From Candidatus Latescibacterota bacterium (GTDB lineage Bacteria > Latescibacterota > UBA2968): DNA of 64,000 nucleotides. A program made the translations under genes and the position numbers. Positions 48,538 to 57,735 of this stretch are shown here, one piece after another. The first letter of the stretch is position 1, and each line of letters opens with the position of its first letter. A model generated the notes under the pieces. The model saw nothing but the letters and a program-made list of their open reading frames with translations, was not told the DNA's origin and did no database searches. The DNA lies in the NCBI GenBank assembly GCA_965204375.1, contig OZ241986.1:4992001-5056000 (forward strand). Reading direction: 5' to 3'.

Positions 48538-48704
48538 GAAGTGAGAAGGCCCCGCCCAACCTCTCAAAGGCTGGTGCTCCTTCACACTTCCTACTTCACA
48601 CTTCACACTTCACACTTCACACTTCACACTTCACACTTCACACTTCACACTTCACACTTCACACTTCACACTTCACACTTCACACTTCACACTTCACACT
48701 TCAC
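48518..48704. repeat. composite heptamer element, copy B, with ~18 CTTCACA-type units
   Basis: (AGAAGTR)4 + CCCGCCCAACCTCTCAAAGGCTGGTGCTCCTTCAC + long CACTTCA array. Confidence 0.85.
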
Positions 48705-48705
48705 T

Positions 48706-50826
48706 ATGTCTCGTCTCATCTACATCGCGTCCCTCTGCTTCCTCTGTCTGGCATCCTGCAAAAGCGTGTATTACAACACCTTTTACAATGCCAAACAACA
48801 GTACAATATCGCCGAGCAAAAACGCGTCGAATCCCAAACCCCCGGCAGCCGGATAACGCCTGCGACCTATAACGCGCTCTACCAGCGGGCCATTGTCAAA
48901 GCATCCATCGTGCTCAAATACTTTCCCGATAGCAAATGGTTCGACGACAGCTTGCTACTCATCGGCAAAGCGTCTTATTGGCGCGAAGATTACACCGAAG
49001 CACTGACCAAATTTCAAGAACTGCAACAACTCTTCCCCCAAAGCGAACTAATCCCCGAAACGCGCTACTGGCAGGGCCTCGCACTCTGGGCAATGAACCG
49101 CACCAATGAAGCGCGGACTACATTTTCTCTTTTTGATAAAAAAATCAATCCCGAATTGTACGGTCTATCAAATCTGGCACTCGCGGAAATGGAAGCCTCA
49201 CAGGGCAATAAAGAAGAGGCGATCATATCCTATAAAGCACTGCTCGAAACACTCGACAAAAAGCACAAATTGCGCGCGCGCGCCTGGCAAGGCGTGGGCA
49301 ATAACCTTCTCGAATTGAACCGATACGACGAAGCACTTGAAGCCTACGAAAACGTGCTAAAATCAAAACCCGATACCAGGACAAATTTTGAAACCCGCGT
49401 CAAAATTGGCGAAACCCTCGAGCGCCAGCAGAAATACGATGAGGCACTGGACGCGTACCAAAAAATATTAAAAATCAAACGGCTTCGCATTTACGAAGCC
49501 GAAATCCGCCTCAAACAGGCGCGTATATATCAACTGAAAGATCAGGTTGAAACTGCGGAAGAAATCTACAATGACGTCGGGAAAAAATACCCCCGCAGCG
49601 AATACAGCGCAGCAGCTTTTTATCGTCTGGGCCTCATCGAACAAAAATCGCGTAAAAACCTGGAAACAGCCAAAGAACTATTCGAAAAAGCCGTTCGCGA
49701 AGATCGAAGTTCAGATGAGGGCACACTGGCTTTACAACGGCAAAAAGATCTCGTAGCACTCGAACGCTATACCAAACAAGCCGAGAAAGTCGAAGACCCG
49801 CAAAAAGCACTGGGCCCGCTTTTTGATCTCGCCGAATTATACCTCTTTAATCTCGGCGAACCCGATTCTGCCCTGAGTATTTATCAGCGCGTATTGAGCC
49901 TGACCGACACGACTGACCTGGCACCCAGGGTGCGTTATGCCATTGGACTTATTTATGCCGACAGCCTGAAAAATGAAACCGCAGCGCGCGAACAATTCCA
50001 ACTGCTCCTCGACCAATATCCCAATACCTCTTATGCCGTTGAAGCTCGGACGCGCCTCAATCAAAAACACGCCGATGATGCCCTGGCAGAAACGCGATTT
50101 TTAGACGCTGAAAACCGCATCGCAGAAGGCACACCCACACGGGATATTTTACCCATCTATCAACAAATAGCCGACGAATATCCCAACAGCCTCTTTGCCC
50201 CAAAGGCACTTTTTGCCCTCGCCTGGACCTACGAAAATGACCTGGACCAACGCGAACAGGCAAAAACTGTTTACGAACAAGTGCAGGAGCGATATCCCCT
50301 CACACAATACGGCAAAATTGCAACCGACAAACTCAAGGGCAAATTTCTCGACCCTCCGCCCGAGCCAGCAGACTCCACCCAAACACAACCGTCTGATACC
50401 CAGTCAGATACAACGCGGTCAGATACAACGGAGATTCAACCCGACACAATACAGACGAGAACACAAAAAATAACCCGAACACAAAAAACAGTCTCCCCAA
50501 AACCCGCCTTCAAACCCGATGTCATTATCGGAGGCGGTATCATGGAAGCCGTAGATGCCGATGAAGAACCTCAAATTTTAGAAGAAATCGAACCCGAATA
50601 CCCCGAAGAAGCCAGAGCCGAAGGCAAACCCGTCACTGTCTTCTTGCGCTTGCTCATCTTAAAAAACGGCAACGTGGGCGAAGTCCACGTAATTTCGGGA
50701 CCCGAACTATTTCACAGCGCCGCAGTGGAAGCAGCAAAACAATACACCTTTGAACCCGGCATACACGAAGACGCGCCGCGCGACATGTGGATAGACATAT
50801 CCATCTACTTTGAACCGCCAGAGTAA
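48706..50826 (+). CDS. TPR-repeat lipoprotein with C-terminal TonB-like domain
   Basis: Lipobox LASC, YYNTFYNA, many TPRs with YP.S motifs, PEYPEEARAEG...AAKQYTFEPG. Confidence 0.8.
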   Translation: MSRLIYIASLCFLCLASCKSVYYNTFYNAKQQYNIAEQKRVESQTPGSRITPATYNALYQRAIVKASIVLKYFPDSKWFDDSLLLIGKASYWREDYTEALTKFQELQQLFPQSELIPETRYWQGLALWAMNRTNEARTTFSLFDKKINPELYGLSNLALAEMEASQGNKEEAIISYKALLETLDKKHKLRARAWQGVGNNLLELNRYDEALEAYENVLKSKPDTRTNFETRVKIGETLERQQKYDEALDAYQKILKIKRLRIYEAEIRLKQARIYQLKDQVETAEEIYNDVGKKYPRSEYSAAAFYRLGLIEQKSRKNLETAKELFEKAVREDRSSDEGTLALQRQKDLVALERYTKQAEKVEDPQKALGPLFDLAELYLFNLGEPDSALSIYQRVLSLTDTTDLAPRVRYAIGLIYADSLKNETAAREQFQLLLDQYPNTSYAVEARTRLNQKHADDALAETRFLDAENRIAEGTPTRDILPIYQQIADEYPNSLFAPKALFALAWTYENDLDQREQAKTVYEQVQERYPLTQYGKIATDKLKGKFLDPPPEPADSTQTQPSDTQSDTTRSDTTEIQPDTIQTRTQKITRTQKTVSPKPAFKPDVIIGGGIMEAVDADEEPQILEEIEPEYPEEARAEGKPVTVFLRLLILKNGNVGEVHVISGPELFHSAAVEAAKQYTFEPGIHEDAPRDMWIDISIYFEPPE

Positions 50827-50828
50827 CA

Positions 50829-51629
50829 ATGCCCGAAATCCCAAACTTCATCTCCGAAACAGCTATTGTCAAAAAAAATGAACCCATCGCACAGGGCATC
50901 TACCTCATGCGCCTGCACGCGCCCCGGCTTGCAACCGCCTCTCGCCCGGCGCAATTTCTGCAAATCCTGACTGATCCCGGCCTATCGCCATATCTTCGCC
51001 GACCCTTCAGCGTATTGCGCGCAGACCGCAAAGCCGGATGGCTCGACCTCATCTACGACGTCATCGGTCCCGGCACCGAGCGCTTATCCCATGCCCAATG
51101 CGGCGACCAATTTGACGTCAGCGGACCGCTGGGCAACCCTTTTGCCCCCCCGAAAACCAAACGCATCCTCCTCGTCGCCGGTGGCGTCGGCCTCGTCCCC
51201 CTCGCATTTTTGGCGTGGGAACACCCCGACCGCCGTCCCGACATGATCTACCTCATGGGCGCGGCAAATGCCGCGCGCCTGCCCGACATGTCCGCACTCT
51301 TACCCGCAGATCTACCCCTCCACATCGCCACTGATGACGGTAGCGTGGGACACCGCGGATTTGTCACAGAACGCATTGCCGAACACACCCTCCCAAACCA
51401 CACCACCATCCTCACCTGTGGTCCCCATCCCATGATGGCGCGCGTAGCCGACATCGCCGCCGAATTAAACACCCCCTGTTTTGCCTCCCTCGAAAACCAC
51501 ATGGCCTGCGGTTTTGGCGCCTGTGTCGGATGCGTGGTCGAATACAAAACCTATCCCACCGAAGACCGCCGCTATCGCTGCGTCTGCCTCGAAGGACCCG
51601 TCGTCAACGCCCACGAAATTGTGTGGTAA
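50829..51629 (+). CDS. pyrK: dihydroorotate dehydrogenase electron transfer subunit
   Basis: LRRPFS, GPLGN, AGGVG, CGPHPM, MACGFGACVGC, C.EGPV. Confidence 0.9.
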   Translation: MPEIPNFISETAIVKKNEPIAQGIYLMRLHAPRLATASRPAQFLQILTDPGLSPYLRRPFSVLRADRKAGWLDLIYDVIGPGTERLSHAQCGDQFDVSGPLGNPFAPPKTKRILLVAGGVGLVPLAFLAWEHPDRRPDMIYLMGAANAARLPDMSALLPADLPLHIATDDGSVGHRGFVTERIAEHTLPNHTTILTCGPHPMMARVADIAAELNTPCFASLENHMACGFGACVGCVVEYKTYPTEDRRYRCVCLEGPVVNAHEIVW

Positions 51630-51801
51630 AAGCGGGTATAGTCCATTGACTTTTTGCTGTGATCGCATATCTTCATCACAAGAAGCCAATCCCTATCCGG
51701 AACACCTGAATCTCAAGCGACCACACCTTCGGATAATATCCATTGGGGCATTGCTTATCTGCGCGAAGACCTGCGCCTGCTGACAAAATACAGAGGGAAC
51801 C

Positions 51802-53349
51802 ATGAACAAACGCAGACTGCCCATCGGCATCCAGACCTTCAGCAAAATTCGGGAGGAAAACTACTACTATGTCGATAAAACAGACCACATTCGACGGCTG
51901 CTCGACGAGGGCACGCACTACTTTTTATCGCGTCCACGTCGCTTTGGCAAAAGTCTGTTTCTGGATACGCTGAAGGAACTGTTTGAGGGCAATGAACCGC
52001 TGTTTGAGGGGCTTCATATCTACGATCATTGGGACTGGAGCGTTCGTTATCCTGTTGTGCGCTTGAGCTTTGGCAGGGGCAATTTCAAAGAAGCGGGATA
52101 CCTGCTGGCGAATGTGATGGCGCAACTGCACACCATAGCGGAAGAAGCCGGTATTGCACCGCGTTACGATACGGCGCCGGAGTGCTTTAGCGATCTGATT
52201 CGGGTATTGCATCGGCAGGCTGGGCAGCGCGTGGCTGTTCTCATTGACGAATACGACAAGCCGATCCTTGATGCTCTGGAAGTACCGGAGGTTGCACGTG
52301 CCAACCGCGATTTTCTGCGCGGTCTATACGCGACCATCAAGGATAGCGATGCTCATATCAAGTTCACATTCCTCACGGGCGTCAGTAAATTCTCCAAGGT
52401 ACATCTGTTCTCTGGTCTCAACAACCTCACAGATATTACCATTGATCCGCGATATTCCGCCTTATGCGGCTACACCGAAGAGGACCTCGACACGGTATTC
52501 GCGCCAGAACTGCCTGGTCTGGATCGAAACGAGATCCGCGACTGGTACAACGGCTATAGTTGGCTGGGCGAAGATAAGGTGTACAACCCCTTCGACATCC
52601 TCCTGCTCTTTGACAAGCGCACCTTCGGCACGTACTGGTTCGAGACTGGCACGCCCACCTTCCTCATTGAGACCCTGTTCAAACACCGTGTCAGTTCCTT
52701 GAAACTCGACGAAATGATCGGCAGTAGCGACTTGTTATCCACCTTCGATGTAGATGAAATCGCGACCGAGGCTCTGTTGTTTCAAACCGGGTATCTGACC
52801 ATTACAGGTGAGGAGAACCTCGGCGGCGAATCCCTGTACCGACTGGGTTATCCCAATCGGGAGGTGCGCCAGAGCCTCAACCGAAGCCTATTGCGCTATC
52901 TGGTAAAAGACGCCACGCGCCAGATGGCGAACAGTGTCCAACTCTACCGCCTGATAGAAGCCAATGACTTTGCCGGTCTCGAGACCTTATTCCACGCCTT
53001 CTTTGCCAGTATTCCCTACGAGTGGTACACCAACAACGACATCGCCAGTTTTGAAGGCTACTATGCCAGCGTGTTCTATTCCTATTTCGCGGGCCTGGGT
53101 CTCAATATCACCGTAGAGGATAGCAGCAGCTATGGGCGTGTGGATATGGCTGTTCACTTCAACGATAACATCTACCTGTTCGAGTTCAAGGTGGTGGAAC
53201 TGGCGTCTGAGGGCGCGGCAATGGCGCAATTGAAGGAGAAGGGATACGCGGACAAATACCGGAGTCTGGACCAGCCGATATACCTGATCGGGGTAGAGTT
53301 CAGCAAGGATACCCGCAATATAACGGCCTTTGAAGTCGCACGCGCCTGA
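51802..53349 (+). CDS. AAA-ATPase-like domain plus C-terminal PD-(D/E)XK nuclease (PDDEXK_9/DUF1703 type)
   Basis: LPIGIQTF, YYVDKT, SRPRRFGKS, LIDEYDKP, GRVD...FEFK, Q..EKGYA. Confidence 0.88.
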   Translation: MNKRRLPIGIQTFSKIREENYYYVDKTDHIRRLLDEGTHYFLSRPRRFGKSLFLDTLKELFEGNEPLFEGLHIYDHWDWSVRYPVVRLSFGRGNFKEAGYLLANVMAQLHTIAEEAGIAPRYDTAPECFSDLIRVLHRQAGQRVAVLIDEYDKPILDALEVPEVARANRDFLRGLYATIKDSDAHIKFTFLTGVSKFSKVHLFSGLNNLTDITIDPRYSALCGYTEEDLDTVFAPELPGLDRNEIRDWYNGYSWLGEDKVYNPFDILLLFDKRTFGTYWFETGTPTFLIETLFKHRVSSLKLDEMIGSSDLLSTFDVDEIATEALLFQTGYLTITGEENLGGESLYRLGYPNREVRQSLNRSLLRYLVKDATRQMANSVQLYRLIEANDFAGLETLFHAFFASIPYEWYTNNDIASFEGYYASVFYSYFAGLGLNITVEDSSSYGRVDMAVHFNDNIYLFEFKVVELASEGAAMAQLKEKGYADKYRSLDQPIYLIGVEFSKDTRNITAFEVARA

Positions 53350-53405
53350 ATAAATGACAGGCGCATTATTTCTATTGTGTCTTTGCGTAACAAAAGGAAT
53401 AGGAA

Positions 53406-55028
53406 ATGCGATTTGGTACCATGTTGTTGGTATTAACAGTCTCAATGATAACGCAATCGTGCAGAATTGAGTCTCCATTTTTTGTTAACATCGTTGCAAG
53501 CCAGGTAGTGTATGGCTATACTCTTGGGGAAGGACCATCTCCATTCAAACTTCAAAGCAGCATTGCACTCAGAATGCAAAACGGTTTTAAGGACACCCTC
53601 ATCATTGGAGATGATTCAGGAACCCGTCATGGAGTACGCATGAGAAATGTCATGCATAATAATGTGGGCATCCCTCTTAAGAATCTTGTGTTCTTCAGTA
53701 AATTTGGGTATATCGATTGGGATGTGGGCACCAGAGAAAATCGTGGATTACGTCTCCTTACCTCGGGGAGGTATGAAATGTTACGAAAAGCAACTCGAGT
53801 AGTGCATGTACCGAAATTCACACCGTTTGAGTCCTCACACAATGTGCCAAGAATACGAGAAAACACCATACTGTTTGTTGTGGGAGTTGGTAACATGATA
53901 GGTTCATTTAATGAAGACCGGGATATGTACAACATTAACCATGTGGTATGGAATGATAGGGGTCTTGGACCATACTACACGCCAAGAGAAAACTACAAAG
54001 ATGTCCTGGAGGCATATAATACCGGCAAAGTCATTGCAGCAACATCTGCGCTGATAACAGATGCAGGGACAGTCAAGCCGTATAAAGAGGTAGTATCCTG
54101 CGGGGATATCAAAGAATCATGTTTTACTGTACTAGAATCATTTTATACTTCCAGTGCTTCAGCTCATCTTGCCGGAATATCCTTTTATCTGGCACAGTTT
54201 TGGGAAACACCGGAAGAGATAGTTGATGTGTTGAAGTCCTGTGCAATAGATATTGGAGAACCAGGAGTTGATCGTGAATTTGGTCAAGGAGCGGTAAATC
54301 TCTGGTGTCCCAGGGTCCTGAAAAAAGAAGTGGAGATGGTTTCAGAATATCTGGGAAATACAGGAGAAAGAGGGGAAACATTGCAAGGAGGAAATCTTGA
54401 AGGTCTCTGGAGAGCTGACAGCACTACTCTGCAGGTATATATCCCAAGATCGCTAAAAGAAACCACGAGGGCTGAATATCAAGGAGGAACGGTAAATGGC
54501 ACAGTGGAGTTTGCGGGTGGTATGGCAACAGCAGATTTCACCGCAAGAGGGGTGATAAAGGCAGGATTCCTCATGCTCACTCGACCCATTGAAGCAACCG
54601 CTGAAGATGTGATTCGGTTTGAAGAGGCATACACCGTTGATCAGGAAAAGATAGCAGCTGGTGATCAATCCTTTAGCTACACAGCAACAAGAGATTCTCT
54701 GCATTTGGTGCGAACTTTCTCGCTGAATGAAGCGCTGTCCTTGTTACCAGATCCTCTGGGAAGCATGGTAGACATGGCATCACCTGATTTCTTTGCTGAT
54801 GACCCCATACAACTGAGAATGAGTTTTTTGAGAGAAAAATCTTTTCTTCTTGGTGACTTTAACGAAGACGGCAGGGTTGATACTGCTGATTTCTTACTGT
54901 TCGTTGATACCTTTGGATCATCCCGAGGAGATATATCATTTGATGAAACCATGGATCTCGTCCCTGACGGCATCATCAATGTTGCTGACTTCATCATCTT
55001 TATTGATCAATTCGGCAAAACAGCATAA
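53406..55028 (+). CDS. lipoprotein, divergent subtilase (S8)-like, with C-terminal dockerin-like/EF-hand pair (paralog 1)
   Basis: Lipobox-like TQSC; GDDSG, RHG, GVGN, YTSSASA, DIGEPGVDREFGQG; GDFNEDGRVDTADFLLF. Confidence 0.6.
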   Translation: MRFGTMLLVLTVSMITQSCRIESPFFVNIVASQVVYGYTLGEGPSPFKLQSSIALRMQNGFKDTLIIGDDSGTRHGVRMRNVMHNNVGIPLKNLVFFSKFGYIDWDVGTRENRGLRLLTSGRYEMLRKATRVVHVPKFTPFESSHNVPRIRENTILFVVGVGNMIGSFNEDRDMYNINHVVWNDRGLGPYYTPRENYKDVLEAYNTGKVIAATSALITDAGTVKPYKEVVSCGDIKESCFTVLESFYTSSASAHLAGISFYLAQFWETPEEIVDVLKSCAIDIGEPGVDREFGQGAVNLWCPRVLKKEVEMVSEYLGNTGERGETLQGGNLEGLWRADSTTLQVYIPRSLKETTRAEYQGGTVNGTVEFAGGMATADFTARGVIKAGFLMLTRPIEATAEDVIRFEEAYTVDQEKIAAGDQSFSYTATRDSLHLVRTFSLNEALSLLPDPLGSMVDMASPDFFADDPIQLRMSFLREKSFLLGDFNEDGRVDTADFLLFVDTFGSSRGDISFDETMDLVPDGIINVADFIIFIDQFGKTA

Positions 55029-55066
55029 TGTTCTTTTCTTTTTTTTTCCTTTGAAGGTTCATACTC

Positions 55067-55098
55067 ACCCCCACTCTATGAGTGGGGGTTTCTTTTTT
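55067..55098 (+). terminator. intrinsic terminator
   Basis: ACCCCCACTC-tat-GAGTGGGGGT then TTCTTTTTT. Confidence 0.75.
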
Positions 55099-55195
55099 GT
55101 GTTTTTGCAAAAACCATATCTTATGACATAATATACAGTGATACCGCAGTGTATCACTGTGGACCTTTACAATTAAAAAAGAAAGGAGTTACACC

Positions 55196-56773
55196 ATGCA
55201 TACTGCTAAGGTGTTTGCGGTACTTGCTGCAGCAATGCTGCTGCAATCCTGCAGGATTGAAATGCCTTCGTTGATTCATATTATTAGTAATTATGTACCG
55301 AATGCTCTGGAGCATCCGAATATGTATAACTTTAGTACAAGTAAAGCGGTTACACTGCAAGGTGGCTTCAAAGATACGCTCATTCTTGGTGATCCATGGG
55401 AGTGGCATGCATCGCTTATGCATAATGTGTTAACCAGGTGGCGCATTCCTGAAGAAAGTATTCTTCTCTTTGGAGATTTTGGATTTTCTGCTGGAGACGG
55501 TAATGAAGGATTACGCCTCCTCATATCAGGTGATTACGAAGAACTGCGCAAAGCGACACGCGTTGTTGCTCTGCCGATGTCTCCTCCTTTTACAGAGCCA
55601 GTGGATGTGCCGAGGGTACTGCGTACGAACACACTGTTTGCCTTAGCAGCCGATAATATGGATGATTACCATGAAGGGGATCGTGATTTCTACAACATTA
55701 ACCATGTCGCCTGGAGTCACCGCAACCCTGAAGTAGATCAGATGTTTAAGATATACTACCAGGCCATTCTGGATGTCTACAACACGGGTAAAGTCATAGC
55801 GGCAACTTCAGCGCGTGTGACTGAGGCAGGGGAGGTTAAGCCGTTTGAGCATGTCGTGCAGTGCGGAGACATTAAAGAGTCTTGTTTCACGATGATTCCA
55901 GAGCAAACCACCTCAAGCACTTCCACCCGCCTCGCCGCCATGTCCTTCTACCTTGCACAGTTCTATGCAACACCTGAGGAGATCATTGATGTTCTCAAAG
56001 AATGTGCGATAGATGTCGGAGAACCCGGAGTAGACAGAGAATACGGCAGAGGTGTCGTAAATCTTCTGTGTCCCCGTGTACTGCACAAAGAGTTAGAGAT
56101 TGTCGGAAAGCACCTGGAACGAGAAGCAACAAAGGAAATGTTCACAGGAGGAGATCTTGTCGGCACCTGGGAAGCAAAAGAAACAGACCTGCAGGTACAT
56201 ATACCTCAGGTACTCAGAGAAACTGTGGAGACCACGTATACAGGTACCGTCACCGGTACGCTTGCGTTTACAGAGGAAACAGTGCAAGCAGACATCAGTC
56301 TGCAGGCATCCATTGCCGCTCACTTCCTTCTTCCCCTCAAAGCGAAAGCAGAAGATGTGATTAAAACAGAAGGCATCTACACCACTGAAGACCATCAGGT
56401 TACTTTTCCGGAGGGAAGAGTATTCACCTACCATGCGACCGATGATTCTCTCTCGTTAACCCGGCACCTCTCTTTAACTGATATCCTCCGTCTTCTTCCA
56501 GGACACTTCGGTTCCATGGCAGAGCAGCACGGAAAAGAGTTACTCAGTGATCCTGTGGCAATCACCTTGCGTTTCAGGAAAGCACGAATACCCGGTGACT
56601 TTGACAACAATGAGGTTATCGACTTCGCCGACTTCCTCCTCTTCATTCAGGCATTCGGATCTGTTCGGGGAGATGCAGTGTTTAACGAAAGAATGGATTT
56701 GGTGCCTGACGATATGATTAACTTTGCCGATTTCATCATATTTATTGAAAATTTCGGGAATTATGTAGGATAG
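55196..56773 (+). CDS. lipoprotein, divergent subtilase-like, with dockerin-like tail (paralog 2)
   Basis: LQSC; WHAS, AADN, TTSSTS, DVGEPGVDREYGRG; GDFDNNEVIDFADFLLF; collinear with paralog 1. Confidence 0.6.
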   Translation: MHTAKVFAVLAAAMLLQSCRIEMPSLIHIISNYVPNALEHPNMYNFSTSKAVTLQGGFKDTLILGDPWEWHASLMHNVLTRWRIPEESILLFGDFGFSAGDGNEGLRLLISGDYEELRKATRVVALPMSPPFTEPVDVPRVLRTNTLFALAADNMDDYHEGDRDFYNINHVAWSHRNPEVDQMFKIYYQAILDVYNTGKVIAATSARVTEAGEVKPFEHVVQCGDIKESCFTMIPEQTTSSTSTRLAAMSFYLAQFYATPEEIIDVLKECAIDVGEPGVDREYGRGVVNLLCPRVLHKELEIVGKHLEREATKEMFTGGDLVGTWEAKETDLQVHIPQVLRETVETTYTGTVTGTLAFTEETVQADISLQASIAAHFLLPLKAKAEDVIKTEGIYTTEDHQVTFPEGRVFTYHATDDSLSLTRHLSLTDILRLLPGHFGSMAEQHGKELLSDPVAITLRFRKARIPGDFDNNEVIDFADFLLFIQAFGSVRGDAVFNERMDLVPDDMINFADFIIFIENFGNYVG

Positions 56774-56798
56774 TGACCAAAGGAAAAACTAAAAACCA

Positions 56799-56827
56799 TT
56801 GACATTACTGTCCTATTGTTGTATTGT
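56799..56827 (+). promoter_or_regulatory. sigma70 promoter of the NYN unit
   Basis: TTGACA-17-TATTGT (an additional TATAAT at 56831). Confidence 0.65.
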
Positions 56828-56836
56828 GTATATAAT

Positions 56837-56922
56837 GTTGAATAAAAAATAATTTACCACCCCTGTTGCTTCGGGAGCAGGGCGCGAAGCCGTATAGATT
56901 TTCTATACGGCTTCTGCTTTTT
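56837..56922 (+). ncRNA. structured leader / putative antitoxin RNA upstream of NYN gene
   Basis: CCCTGTT-gc-TTCG-gg-AGCAGGG hairpin, then GAAGCCGTATAGA/TCTATACGGCTTC stem and T-run; second copy at 36690. Confidence 0.6.
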
Positions 56923-56932
56923 AGGAGATTTG

Positions 56933-57592
56933 ATGAAAACCTATATTTATATTGATGGGCTTAATTTATATTATAGAGCCGTGCGAGGGACGCCTTATAA
57001 GTGGTTAGATATAGCTACATTATTTCAAACAATGTATCCCCACAACAACATTTGTAAAATCAAATACTTTACTTCAATTGTAAAATCGCGCCCTGATGAT
57101 CCAGGGAAACCAGGACGCCAACAGATGTTCTTGCGGGCTTTAAGAACTTTTCCACATATTGAAATCATTGAAGGAAAATTTCAGATGAACAAAGCCAGAA
57201 TGCGATTGGTTTCGCCAGACCCTAATGGCCCTAATACCGCAGAAGTTTGGAAAACAGAAGAAAAAGGATCAGATGTCAACATAGCTGTCCATTTATTAAA
57301 CGATGCTCATAGTAAAAATTTTGATGTTGCTGTTCTTGTATCAAATGATTCTGATTTCGCCGAGGCTATACGAATTGTAACCCAAGATTTAAACTTGCAG
57401 GTAAGCGTGGTATCTCCTACTGGCGCAATCAATCCTAATACAGGTGATCGAGAACCAGCCAGAACTTCAAGAACCCTTCAACAATATGCTTCATCTGTAC
57501 GTCGAATTCGGTCGGGTATTCTCGCAAGCAGTCAGCTTCCTAATGTATTGACTGACTCTAAAGGGACTTTTCGCAAACCACCGGAATGGTAA
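56933..57592 (+). CDS. NYN-domain (PIN-like, LabA/DUF88) ribonuclease
   Basis: YIDGLNLYY, EEKGSDVNIA, VSNDSDF acidic active-site motifs; RBS AGGAG. Confidence 0.88.
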   Translation: MKTYIYIDGLNLYYRAVRGTPYKWLDIATLFQTMYPHNNICKIKYFTSIVKSRPDDPGKPGRQQMFLRALRTFPHIEIIEGKFQMNKARMRLVSPDPNGPNTAEVWKTEEKGSDVNIAVHLLNDAHSKNFDVAVLVSNDSDFAEAIRIVTQDLNLQVSVVSPTGAINPNTGDREPARTSRTLQQYASSVRRIRSGILASSQLPNVLTDSKGTFRKPPEW

Positions 57593-57707
57593 TAAAACCA
57601 CAAACCTTTGGTCACTATCCTACATAACTCCCCAATATAACTACCTTTGAGGTCATATCTGCGTAACTCGCCTGGTGTTCATCCAGGCACCACAACTACC
57701 TTCCTGC

Positions 57708-57735
57708 ATGCCCTGTGTTCTTCAGGGCATTTTTT
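57708..57735 (+). terminator. intrinsic terminator
   Basis: ATGCCCTG-tgttctt-CAGGGCAT-TTTTT. Confidence 0.6.

Larger units (their letters stand above)
56756..57632. mobile_element. inverted-repeat-bounded cassette carrying promoter, leader RNA and NYN gene
   Basis: GGGAATTATGTAGGATAGTGACCAAAGG (56756-56783) vs reverse complement at 57605-57632, 27/28 identical. Confidence 0.55.

Noticed and set aside
48541-48705. HTSHFTL-repeat protein N-terminus, or a CRISPR array
   Set aside because: Translation of a 7-bp tandem repeat with no spacers; the signal peptide starts at ATG 48706
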